From a virus (taxonomy: Duplodnaviria > Caudoviricetes), in the IMG/VR virus record IMGVR_UViG_3300017747_003325, positions 1 to 36,028 of that record: a DNA stretch of 36,028 nucleotides. One strand, written 5' to 3'. Within the stretch, counting starts at the first letter, position 1, and every line of letters starts with the position of its first letter. The position numbers and the translations under genes are program-made. Positions 1 to 6,823 of the stretch are shown piece after piece. The notes under the pieces are model-generated. The model had not been told where the DNA came from. It did no database searches and saw nothing but the letters and a program-made list of their open reading frames with translations.

Positions 1-361
1 ACGCTGGGCGACGATCGAGGCGCGCGAGGAGCGAGGTGCGCGGCCGCTTCCTGGCGCGTACATCGGGCCCTCGGCGCGCAAGGAGGTCACGGGCGGGAAA
101 CCGCTGTGGCTCATGCGCGCGATCGTGGGGGACTACAGCGCGGCCGGCGATCTCATGTGCGATCCGTGCATGGGTGCGGGCACGACGCTCGTCGCCGCGG
201 TGGAGCTCGGGCGGCGCGCGATCGGCTGCGAGCCTGACGCGGGGCGCTTCGCGATGGCGTGTCGGAGGCTCGCGAAGGCGCGGCCTCAGCTGCGCATGCG
301 GCTCGACGTGGAGGCGACGAGGGGCGAGCAGAGCGCGCTGGCGCTCGGAGGTGACGAATGA
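1..361 (+). CDS. C-terminal part of an N6-adenine/N4-cytosine DNA methyltransferase (beta-class motif order); 5'-truncated at the window edge
   Basis: Frame is open from base 2. It reads ...GGKPLWLMRAIV...GDLMCDPCMGAGTTLVAAVELGRRAIGCE, matching the KP..LM and DPFxGxGTT SAM-binding motif I region. The N-terminal part appears at 35670-36028. Confidence 0.85.
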   Translation, partial: RWATIEAREERGARPLPGAYIGPSARKEVTGGKPLWLMRAIVGDYSAAGDLMCDPCMGAGTTLVAAVELGRRAIGCEPDAGRFAMACRRLAKARPQLRMRLDVEATRGEQSALALGGDE

Positions 362-615
362 CGCAGATCGAATGCAAGCCCTACGGATGCTCGCTCTCCG
401 AGGCATCGTGCGCGCAGCGTCACGCACGCTCGCAAGAGCCAGGCCGCGTCGGTCGCGCTCGAGCGCCGTACGCGCTGTGCCGCGAGTGCGGCGAGGGCCG
501 CGAGCGATGGGTCAGGCTCGGACGCAAGCGGTACGAGGCGCCGCAGACGATCCCCGACCTGAAGCGAATCAACGAGAAGCGCCAGGAAGTCTACATCCCG
601 AGGAGGGGCCAGTGA
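358..615 (+). CDS. Hypothetical Cys-rich protein (85 aa)
   Basis: ATGA overlap with the upstream stop, GGAGG RBS, several Cys including CxxC. Confidence 0.65.
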   Translation: MTQIECKPYGCSLSEASCAQRHARSQEPGRVGRARAPYALCRECGEGRERWVRLGRKRYEAPQTIPDLKRINEKRQEVYIPRRGQ

Positions 616-1157
616 GTCACAGCGATCCCATCGACCGAGAACTCTCGATCATGCGACGCGAGGAGCGCGCGGAGCCTACGTACCCGCGTCGCGTCATCGT
701 CACGATCCACGCGTCGAGCGAACTCGGCGGATGCATCGAGGTCGAGCGCGAGGCAACGGCGTTGCGTCCGCCGAACGGCATGGGCCTTCAGCGCGTCCAC
801 GTACGCGGCGAGCGCATGGCCGCGGTGTACGAGGCGCACACCGTCGGTGGCGGCGACCGCTGGAACCCGGCGACCATGATCGGGATGGGCGACGCGCGCG
901 GGCGGTGGCTCGAGGCGCTCGAGCTCGCGGCCGTGCCGCGCCGGTTGTGCGTCGGCGTGACGCCGTACGTGTGGCGGTCGGCGATGATCGGACGCGTGCA
1001 CAAGCGCGGGCGGGACGCGTGGAAGGCTGCCGCGATCCTCTCGTGCCGTGGACGCGGCGTCACCGTCGCGAGTGACGACGAGGCAGAGGCTGTGCTGATC
1101 GCGATGTGGGGCGCGCTGTGGTGCGCCGAGATCGCGAAGATCGCGGGGAAGCGGTGA
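612..1157 (+). CDS. RuvC-like Holliday junction resolvase
   Basis: GTG start after AGGAGG. Motifs AVYE, VTPYVWRSAMIG, K..A and DDEAEAVLIA resemble phage RuvC-like proteins. Confidence 0.65.
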   Translation: MSHSDPIDRELSIMRREERAEPTYPRRVIVTIHASSELGGCIEVEREATALRPPNGMGLQRVHVRGERMAAVYEAHTVGGGDRWNPATMIGMGDARGRWLEALELAAVPRRLCVGVTPYVWRSAMIGRVHKRGRDAWKAAAILSCRGRGVTVASDDEAEAVLIAMWGALWCAEIAKIAGKR

Positions 1158-1924
1158 CCATCGGCTCTCTGTTCTCGGGCATCGGCGGCCTGGAGCTCGG
1201 CCTGGAGCGTGCGGGGCTTGGGCCGGTGATGTGGCAGTGCGAGATCGACCCGTTCGCACTCGCCGTCCTCGAGCGCCACTGGCCGGAGGCGACTCGCGTG
1301 CGCGACGTGCGCGACGTCTCACCGAAGACGGTTCGCGAGGTGTCGCTCATCTGCGGCGGGTTCCCCTGCCAAGACGTGAGCGTCGCGGGGAAGGGTGCCG
1401 GACTTGCCGGCGATAGGTCCGGACTGTGGTCCGAGTTCAGGAGGGTGGTCGATGAGTGTCAGCCAGCAACGGTCGTCGTCGAGAACGTTGCACAAGGGAT
1501 CTCTCGATGGCTCCACACTGTCGTCGGAGACCTGCGAGGGCTTGGATACGTACCGTGTCCCATCGTGCTTTCTGCCGGAGAGTGTGGAGCTCCGCACCGC
1601 CGCGCTCGAGCCTTCGTCGTTGCCGACACCGACGGCAGCGTCTTACGGCTCATCCAACAACGGCAACCCGGGCGACCATCGCGAGGAGTACGCGACGAAG
1701 GGCAAGCCGTCGCTGTGGACGATGGCGGAGCGTGGCGATCTGCCGGGGCATCCGCGTGGACCTCTCTCCCCCGAGTGGGTCGAGTGGGCAATGGGATTCC
1801 CGGAAGGGTGGACGGTGCCGGGCAACGGGCAGACCGGCTTCGGGTTCTAGGCAACGCCGTGGTCCCGCATGTGGCGGAGGTCATCGGCCGGATCATCGTG
1901 GCAGCGCATGGGAGGTCATCGTGA
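1154..1924 (+). CDS. dcm: DNA (cytosine-5)-methyltransferase, main polypeptide
   Basis: Motif I SLFSGIGG, motif IV GGFPCQ, motif VI ENV, motif VIII HRRAR, motif X LGNAVVP. GTGA overlap start. Confidence 0.92.
   Translation: MTIGSLFSGIGGLELGLERAGLGPVMWQCEIDPFALAVLERHWPEATRVRDVRDVSPKTVREVSLICGGFPCQDVSVAGKGAGLAGDRSGLWSEFRRVVDECQPATVVVENVAQGISRWLHTVVGDLRGLGYVPCPIVLSAGECGAPHRRARAFVVADTDGSVLRLIQQRQPGRPSRGVRDEGQAVAVDDGGAWRSAGASAWTSLPRVGRVGNGIPGRVDGAGQRADRLRVLGNAVVPHVAEVIGRIIVAAHGRSS
1395..1850 (+). CDS. Overprinted alternative-frame ORF carrying a C5-MTase motif IX-like segment (putative beta subunit)
   Basis: Lies in the +1 frame inside dcm. Contains LPTPTA...GPLSPEWVEWAMGFPEGWT, and the main frame lacks motif IX. 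Start position uncertain. Confidence 0.7.
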   Translation: MPDLPAIGPDCGPSSGGWSMSVSQQRSSSRTLHKGSLDGSTLSSETCEGLDTYRVPSCFLPESVELRTAALEPSSLPTPTAASYGSSNNGNPGDHREEYATKGKPSLWTMAERGDLPGHPRGPLSPEWVEWAMGFPEGWTVPGNGQTGFGF

Positions 1925-2097
1925 ACGACGACGTGGGCAAGCAGGTTGACGAGGTGATGAGTCGGATCGCCGCGCACAGGATGGCAACGGGCCGCGTGCA
2001 CCCGAGGGTCACGATCGAGTTCTACGAGTGCATTGCGGAGCAGTGCGCGGAAATCGCAGCTTCTCTTCGTGGGGAGCACTCGGTCGAGGACGAGTGA
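1921..2097 (+). CDS. Hypothetical protein (58 aa)
   Basis: GGAGG RBS, GTGA overlaps at both ends. Confidence 0.55.
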   Translation: MNDDVGKQVDEVMSRIAAHRMATGRVHPRVTIEFYECIAEQCAEIAASLRGEHSVEDE

Positions 2098-2249
2098 CCG
2101 ACGCGGAGCGAGCGGTGCTCGCCTCGATGCGCGGCGGTCGCGCGCTCGTGCCGTGGGCGACGGCGAGCGAGGTGGTCGCGCAGCTCGAGGCGCAGGGCTG
2201 CGAGGTGGTGCGGTGCGTGTGGTGCACCGTGATCGTGTGGATGGCATAG
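2094..2249 (+). CDS. Hypothetical protein (51 aa)
   Basis: GTGA coupling to the upstream ORF, typical codon usage. Confidence 0.5.
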   Translation: MTDAERAVLASMRGGRALVPWATASEVVAQLEAQGCEVVRCVWCTVIVWMA

Positions 2250-2250
2250 A

Positions 2251-2300
2251 GACGACGACAGACAGCCGCGTTGCGTCGCGGCGAGGAGACGACATGACGA
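2251..2300 (+). repeat. 50-bp direct repeat, copy 1 (hairpin + RBS + ATG)
   Basis: gacgacgacagacagccgcgttgcgtcgcggcgaggagacgacatgacga is identical to 3136-3185. Confidence 0.95.
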
Positions 2301-2530
2301 CAGACGAAATGCTGAGCGAAAGACTGCGGATCGCGCTGGGCGATCTGCCGCGACTCGTGAAGGAGCGCGTCAAGGCGCGCGCTGAGGCTGACGCCGCGTC
2401 GGCTGCGGCGCGTGCGCGCGGGTGTCACATGCTGCCAGAGGAAGCGGCAGCGGTGGGCCGGTTCGCCGACGCGCACCGAGCCGTGTGCCGCGAGACAGAG
2501 CGCGTACTCGAGAGACTGGAGACGATGTGA
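2294..2530 (+). CDS. Hypothetical helical protein (78 aa)
   Basis: AGGAG RBS within repeat copy 1; stop overlaps the next start. Confidence 0.65.
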   Translation: MTTDEMLSERLRIALGDLPRLVKERVKARAEADAASAAARARGCHMLPEEAAAVGRFADAHRAVCRETERVLERLETM

Positions 2531-3132
2531 TGCCGTACGCATCGCGCACAGGCACACGCCGCAACCTCGATGCGCTGCGCAAGGCAGGGTGGCGGCTGCT
2601 CGTGTCAGCTCGCGGCGTGCTGCGAACAGAGGGCTTTCCGTACGCGCTCGACAACGGCGCATGGACGGCGTTTCAGCGCGGCGAGCCATTCGACGTGCCC
2701 GCGTTCGAGAAAGCGGTCGCGCTGCTCGGGCGCGGCGCAGACTGGATCGTCGTGCCCGACAAGGTGGCCGATGCATCCGAGTCGCTTCGAATGGCCGAGG
2801 AGTGGGTGCCGCGGCTACGCGGCACCGCTCCACTGCTGATCGCCGTGCAAGACGGCATGACCGAGGCCGACGTCGCGCATTGGCTGCACGAAGGATGCGG
2901 CGTGTTCCTCGGCGGCTCGACGGAGTGGAAGCTCGCCACGATGCGCGAATGGGGCCACGTGTGCAGACGCTACGGCGTTCACTATCACGTCGCGCGCGTG
3001 AACAGCGCGAAGCGGATCGCGCTGGCGAAGGAAGCGGGCGCGATGTCGATCGACGGCTCGAGCGCGTCACGATTCGCTATCTCGCTGCCGCGGCTCGATC
3101 GAGGCGTGAGACAGGGCGCGTTTTGCTGGTAG
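2530..3132 (+). CDS. TGT-fold / DpdA-like protein (putative base-exchange transglycosylase)
   Basis: Ordered motifs ALDNGAW, VVPDKV, AVQDG, FLGG, HVARVN, SIDGSS parallel the DSGxF, D, QG, GG, HxLG and SxDS elements of the TGT/DpdA barrel. Confidence 0.6.
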   Translation: MPYASRTGTRRNLDALRKAGWRLLVSARGVLRTEGFPYALDNGAWTAFQRGEPFDVPAFEKAVALLGRGADWIVVPDKVADASESLRMAEEWVPRLRGTAPLLIAVQDGMTEADVAHWLHEGCGVFLGGSTEWKLATMREWGHVCRRYGVHYHVARVNSAKRIALAKEAGAMSIDGSSASRFAISLPRLDRGVRQGAFCW

Positions 3133-3135
3133 ATG

Positions 3136-3185
3136 GACGACGACAGACAGCCGCGTTGCGTCGCGGCGAGGAGACGACATGACGA
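3136..3185 (+). repeat. 50-bp direct repeat, copy 2
   Basis: Identical to 2251-2300; supplies the helicase RBS and first codons. Confidence 0.95.
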
Positions 3186-4816
3186 AAGTGCAGGCGCACG
3201 ATCTCCGACCCTACCAGGTCGAGGCAATCGCGAGCATTGAGCGAGAGTGGGAGTCGGGACGACGGCGCACGCTGCTCGTGCTCGCCACCGGGTTGGGGAA
3301 GACTTCTTGCTTCGCTGAAATAGTACGACGCCACTACGCGCAGACCGGACGGCGCGCGCTCGTGCTCGCGCATCGCATCGAGCTCGTACAGCAAGCGGCG
3401 CAGCGCCTCGAGGCCACGGGCTGCGCGGTGGAGATCGAGAGCGGCGATCGGCGCGCGAGCAAACTCGGCGCGCTCTTCGGGTCGGTCGCCGTCGTGGGCA
3501 CGGTGCAGACGCTGCGAGGCAAGCGGCTTGCGAAGTGGCCGCGCGATGCGTTCTCGCTCGTCGTGATCGATGAAGCGCACCGCGCGACCGCGACCATGTA
3601 CCGAGAGATCCTCGGTCACTTCGGTGAAGCCGTCGTTCTCGGCGTGACCGCGACGCCGGACCGCGGCGACGGCATCGCGCTCGGCGGCGTCTTCGACAGC
3701 ACGGCCTACACGATGACGATCCTCGACGGCGTGCGCGGCGGGTACCTCTGCGACGTGCGCTCGCGCTTGATCCCGCTCGACTGCGTGAGCCTCGACGGTG
3801 TGCGGACGACGAAGCAGGAGCACGGGCGCGATCTGTCGGCCGAGGACATCGCGCGCGCGATGGAAGGGCTCGAGCCGATGCACGCGATCGCCGCGCCGCT
3901 CGTGCGCGAGGCCGGCGAGCGGAAGACGCTGGTCTTCATGCCGAGCGTCGCGACCGCGCACGCGCTTGCGGAGGTGCTCGCGGGCTACGTCGGCGCGGCC
4001 AAGGTGCGAAGCCTCGACGGTGGCAGCGACCCCGACGTGCGAGCGAAGGCGATCGCGGACTACTCGCGCGGTGACGTGCAGTACCTCGTCAACTGCGCTC
4101 TCTTCACGGAGGGTTTCGACGCGCCCGCAACCGCGTGCGTCGCCGTCGCGAGGCCCACGAAGAGTCGGGCGCTCTACGCGCAGATGGTCGGCCGAGGGAC
4201 GCGCCTCGCGCCAGGCAAGGCCGACTGTCTCGTGCTCGACTTCCATCCGAGCAACACGACGCACAACCTCGCGCACGTGGTCGACATCTTCGAGGGCGAC
4301 GACCTCGACGCGGTGCCCGCGAAGATGGTCGCGGAAGAGCTCGCGGCCGGCGCGACCGTGATGGAGGCGCGAGAGAAGGCGCGCGAGCGTGCGGCCGAGG
4401 AAGCGAGGAAGCTGGCGGAGCGTCGCGAGCGTGCGGCGCGCGCGATGGTGCAGGCGCAGGCCACCTACCGCGCGATCGATCGGAGCATGTGGACGATCGA
4501 TGACGTGTGCGGCGTCTCGCGCGAGGCGTACGCGCCGACGGTGCCGCGAGTTCGCGAAGATCAGCTTGCGAGCCTCGAGGCGCTGCGCGTGCCGATCGCG
4601 AAGAACGAGACGGTCCGCAGCGCCTCGGAGAAGCTGGCCGAGGCCACGCGCCGACGACGCAACGGGCTGTGCTCGGTCCGCCAGGCGCAGACGCTGATCC
4701 GGTGCGGCCTGCGCGGTGACGTGACCTACCAGGAGGCTCGCGACATCATGGACCGGCTCGCAGCCGCGAGGTGGAAGCCATCGCCCGAGATGCTGGCGCA
4801 GTACGGGCACCGATGA
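3179..4816 (+). CDS. Superfamily 2 DEAH-box helicase
   Basis: LRPYQ Q-motif, ATGLGKT, DEAH, TATP, FTEGFD, QMVGRGTR. Confidence 0.93.
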   Translation: MTKVQAHDLRPYQVEAIASIEREWESGRRRTLLVLATGLGKTSCFAEIVRRHYAQTGRRALVLAHRIELVQQAAQRLEATGCAVEIESGDRRASKLGALFGSVAVVGTVQTLRGKRLAKWPRDAFSLVVIDEAHRATATMYREILGHFGEAVVLGVTATPDRGDGIALGGVFDSTAYTMTILDGVRGGYLCDVRSRLIPLDCVSLDGVRTTKQEHGRDLSAEDIARAMEGLEPMHAIAAPLVREAGERKTLVFMPSVATAHALAEVLAGYVGAAKVRSLDGGSDPDVRAKAIADYSRGDVQYLVNCALFTEGFDAPATACVAVARPTKSRALYAQMVGRGTRLAPGKADCLVLDFHPSNTTHNLAHVVDIFEGDDLDAVPAKMVAEELAAGATVMEAREKARERAAEEARKLAERRERAARAMVQAQATYRAIDRSMWTIDDVCGVSREAYAPTVPRVREDQLASLEALRVPIAKNETVRSASEKLAEATRRRRNGLCSVRQAQTLIRCGLRGDVTYQEARDIMDRLAAARWKPSPEMLAQYGHR

Positions 4817-5388
4817 TCGCCGACCCTCACTCCCTCGCGTGGCGTCTCGAACGCGTCCGCTTCCTCGGCCTCACCGTCGAGCCGCGCGGCGTGCCCGTCT
4901 GCCACGGCGACGCGTGGGTGCCCGACCCGACGCCGTGGGCCCGCGCTCCGGCCCGCGCAGGGTGGCCCGCGCTCGACGTCGAGGCCGACTCGGCGCGCGC
5001 TCGAGCGTGGGTGATCGACGCGTGCACGGACGACCTGCGCGCGGCGCACACGCGCGCCCTGTGGCGCGACGTCCAGCGCATCGAGGTCGCGGGGGCCGTG
5101 GACGCGATCGAGCGGTGCACGCGCCTCCACGCGATGCTCGACGCGCTCCGGCCCAGCTGGGATGAGGCCGAGCAGACGCTTCGCGCGATGATGGCCTCCG
5201 CGCGCGCCCTGGCGGCCTACGAGCCGCTCACGAACGAGCAGGCGGCCGAGGTGCTGGGATGGACCGTCGAGGCCGTCAGGGGGGCCGTGCGGCGCGGGGA
5301 TGTGCGGTCGGTCAAGCACGGCGCAAGGCGTCGGATTCCGTACGAGGAGGTCAAGCGGCTCGCGCTGGAATCGTCTGGAAAAATCTGA
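4813..5388 (+). CDS. Protein with C-terminal excisionase/MerR-type HTH DNA-binding domain
   Basis: C-terminus PLTNEQAAEVLGWTVEAVRGAVRRGDVRSVKHGARRRIPYEEV; ATGA overlap with the helicase stop. Confidence 0.7.
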   Translation: MIADPHSLAWRLERVRFLGLTVEPRGVPVCHGDAWVPDPTPWARAPARAGWPALDVEADSARARAWVIDACTDDLRAAHTRALWRDVQRIEVAGAVDAIERCTRLHAMLDALRPSWDEAEQTLRAMMASARALAAYEPLTNEQAAEVLGWTVEAVRGAVRRGDVRSVKHGARRRIPYEEVKRLALESSGKI

Positions 5389-5427
5389 GCGAAACCGGCC
5401 ATGTAGAAAATACTTGTCGCGACGCGC

Positions 5428-5456
5428 TTGCGTTCTGCGGTGTCGCGACAAATAAT
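5428..5456 (+). promoter_or_regulatory. Sigma70-like promoter P1 with palindromic operator candidate
   Basis: TTGCGT-N17-AATAAT. TGTCGCGACA palindrome in the spacer (5441-5450) and a second GTCGCGAC at 5416-5423. Same architecture at 6748-6776. Confidence 0.75.
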
Positions 5457-5500
5457 CACCTCATGCCCAGCACGGAGTTGGGCGGCACGAGGAGACGACA

Positions 5501-5725
5501 ATGCTGAAGAACAACGGATGCGGAACGGTGCTGGCGGCGAACGGGGAGCTTCTCGGCACGTACATCACGCGCGGAGATCAGATGTTCGTCAAGCCGACGT
5601 TCGGCCCGCTCGCTGGCGAGATGCTTGCCGTGGACGATGCCGTGTGGGCGGATGCGACGTGCCGCGCGGTCACGCTCGGATGGCGCGACTCGGTGTCGGC
5701 GCAGGAGAAGATCGCGGCCCGCTGA
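5501..5725 (+). CDS. Hypothetical protein (74 aa)
   Basis: AGGAG RBS, downstream of P1, upstream of a terminator. Confidence 0.7.
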   Translation: MLKNNGCGTVLAANGELLGTYITRGDQMFVKPTFGPLAGEMLAVDDAVWADATCRAVTLGWRDSVSAQEKIAAR

Positions 5726-5761
5726 CTGGCACCTCGGAGCGCGACGCGGTAGGATGCCCTC

Positions 5762-5832
5762 CGCGTCGTCGTCTCCCCTCTCGTGGCGCACGGAACCGCC
5801 CGCCAAGGCCCGCTTGGTGGGCGTTTTCGTTT
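5762..5832 (+). ncRNA. Candidate small RNA / regulatory 3' UTR with anti-RBS seed
   Basis: Possible promoter TGGCAC-N17-TAGGAT (5727-5755). GTCGTCTCC (5768-5776) is complementary to GGAGACGAC leaders. Ends in an intrinsic terminator. Confidence 0.35.
5797..5832 (+). terminator. Rho-independent terminator
   Basis: 11-bp stem cgcccgccaag/cttggtgggcg (one G-U), 5-nt loop, followed by ttttcgttt. Confidence 0.8.
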
Positions 5833-5847
5833 CCGGGGCCCGCGTCG

Positions 5848-5894
5848 GTCACGCGTGAGTCACGCCGCATGTCACGCGTGACGTCGGTCGTGAC
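5848..5894. repeat. Cluster of GTCACG/CGTGAC motifs and palindromes
   Basis: GTCACG at 5848, 5859 and 5871; palindromes TCACGCGTGA (5849-5858) and GTCACGCGTGAC (5871-5882); CGTGAC at 5889. Confidence 0.6.
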
Positions 5895-6341
5895 GCACAC
5901 ATGTAGCAGAACGGCTCACATTGCGGCTGTTTCCGAGGTGTGCGAGGTTCGTCGGAACCACCGTCTCGAGGGTGGCCGGGCGACGCGACAGGGCGACGGG
6001 CAGACCGGCGATCTGAAGAGTCCCCCTACCGAACCCCACGCCACGACGAGCAGCGAATAGCGGCCGTCCTGGAGCAACGCGCGGTGCGCCGCGCCGGAAC
6101 GTGGGCCCCCTGCCACCGGGCGAGGTCGGCACGGGTCACGTGCGCAAGACTGCATCGTGTCAAAACGGACACGCGACAGTGTGGCGCACGGGGGGTAGGG
6201 GGGCTCTGCTCTGGGCTCGGGACTCCCGGCGATGCTGGTCGAGACGTCGTCGGCAGGCGCCGAACGGTGACTCCGGCGACAGTGACGCGACATGTCGCAC
6301 GGTGTGAGGTGAAGTGGTCGCGTGTGCGTAGGTGTGGGCGC

Positions 6342-6698
6342 ATGTCGTACACGTCAGGAGAGGTGGTCTACTTCGTCGAGGCGGTCGGCCTTGATGCCGT
6401 GAAGATCGGGTGGGCGTCGGACCTTGGAATGCGCTTGAAGGGGCTGCGCACCGGCTGTCCCGCGCCGCTGCGCGTCCTGCGCGTGATCCGCGGAGGTCAC
6501 GCGCTCGAGCTCGCGATGCACGAGCGGTTCAAGGCTCATCGCACGAGCGGCGAGTGGTTCCGGCTCTCGGCCATCGAGGCGGCGATCGCCGCGCTTCCGG
6601 ACGAGATGGCTGCGGAGAAGCGGGCCACATCCGACGCCAGCGCGCCAAGGTCCAAGCGATGGCGCCGCAGGTACATCGCGACAGACAGAAAAACCTGA
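6342..6698 (+). CDS. GIY-YIG-like T5orf172/MUG113-family protein
   Basis: VYFV...VKIGW...RL..L.TG.P..L.V...E...H.RF...R..GEWF pattern. Confidence 0.85.
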   Translation: MSYTSGEVVYFVEAVGLDAVKIGWASDLGMRLKGLRTGCPAPLRVLRVIRGGHALELAMHERFKAHRTSGEWFRLSAIEAAIAALPDEMAAEKRATSDASAPRSKRWRRRYIATDRKT

Positions 6699-6747
6699 GT
6701 CGTCTCGGACACTTCGGCGAAAGTTGGAAAAATCGACCGTCCGGGCC

Positions 6748-6776
6748 TTGCGTTTCTCGTCGCGACGAATAATAAT
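6748..6776 (+). promoter_or_regulatory. Sigma70-like promoter P2 with palindromic operator candidate
   Basis: TTGCGT-N17-AATAAT; TCGTCGCGACGA palindrome (6757-6768) in the spacer; upstream A-tracts. Confidence 0.75.
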
Positions 6777-6823
6777 CTCCTCAAGACGACGGGCACGGAG
6801 CCCGACGCGAGGAGAGACAAGAC

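Noticed and set aside
2251-3185. CRISPR array, IS ends or attL/attR
   Set aside because: Only two direct copies 885 bp apart; no spacers, transposase, inverted ends or integrase.
5760-5790. Minus-strand RBS (GGGGAGACGACGAC) for a leftward gene
   Set aside because: No start codon follows at a usable spacing, and ORF 5456-5806 (-) looks like a shadow.
5940-6341. N-terminal extension of the T5orf172 ORF
   Set aside because: Arg-rich, atypical composition with no RBS; the domain begins right after ATG 6342.
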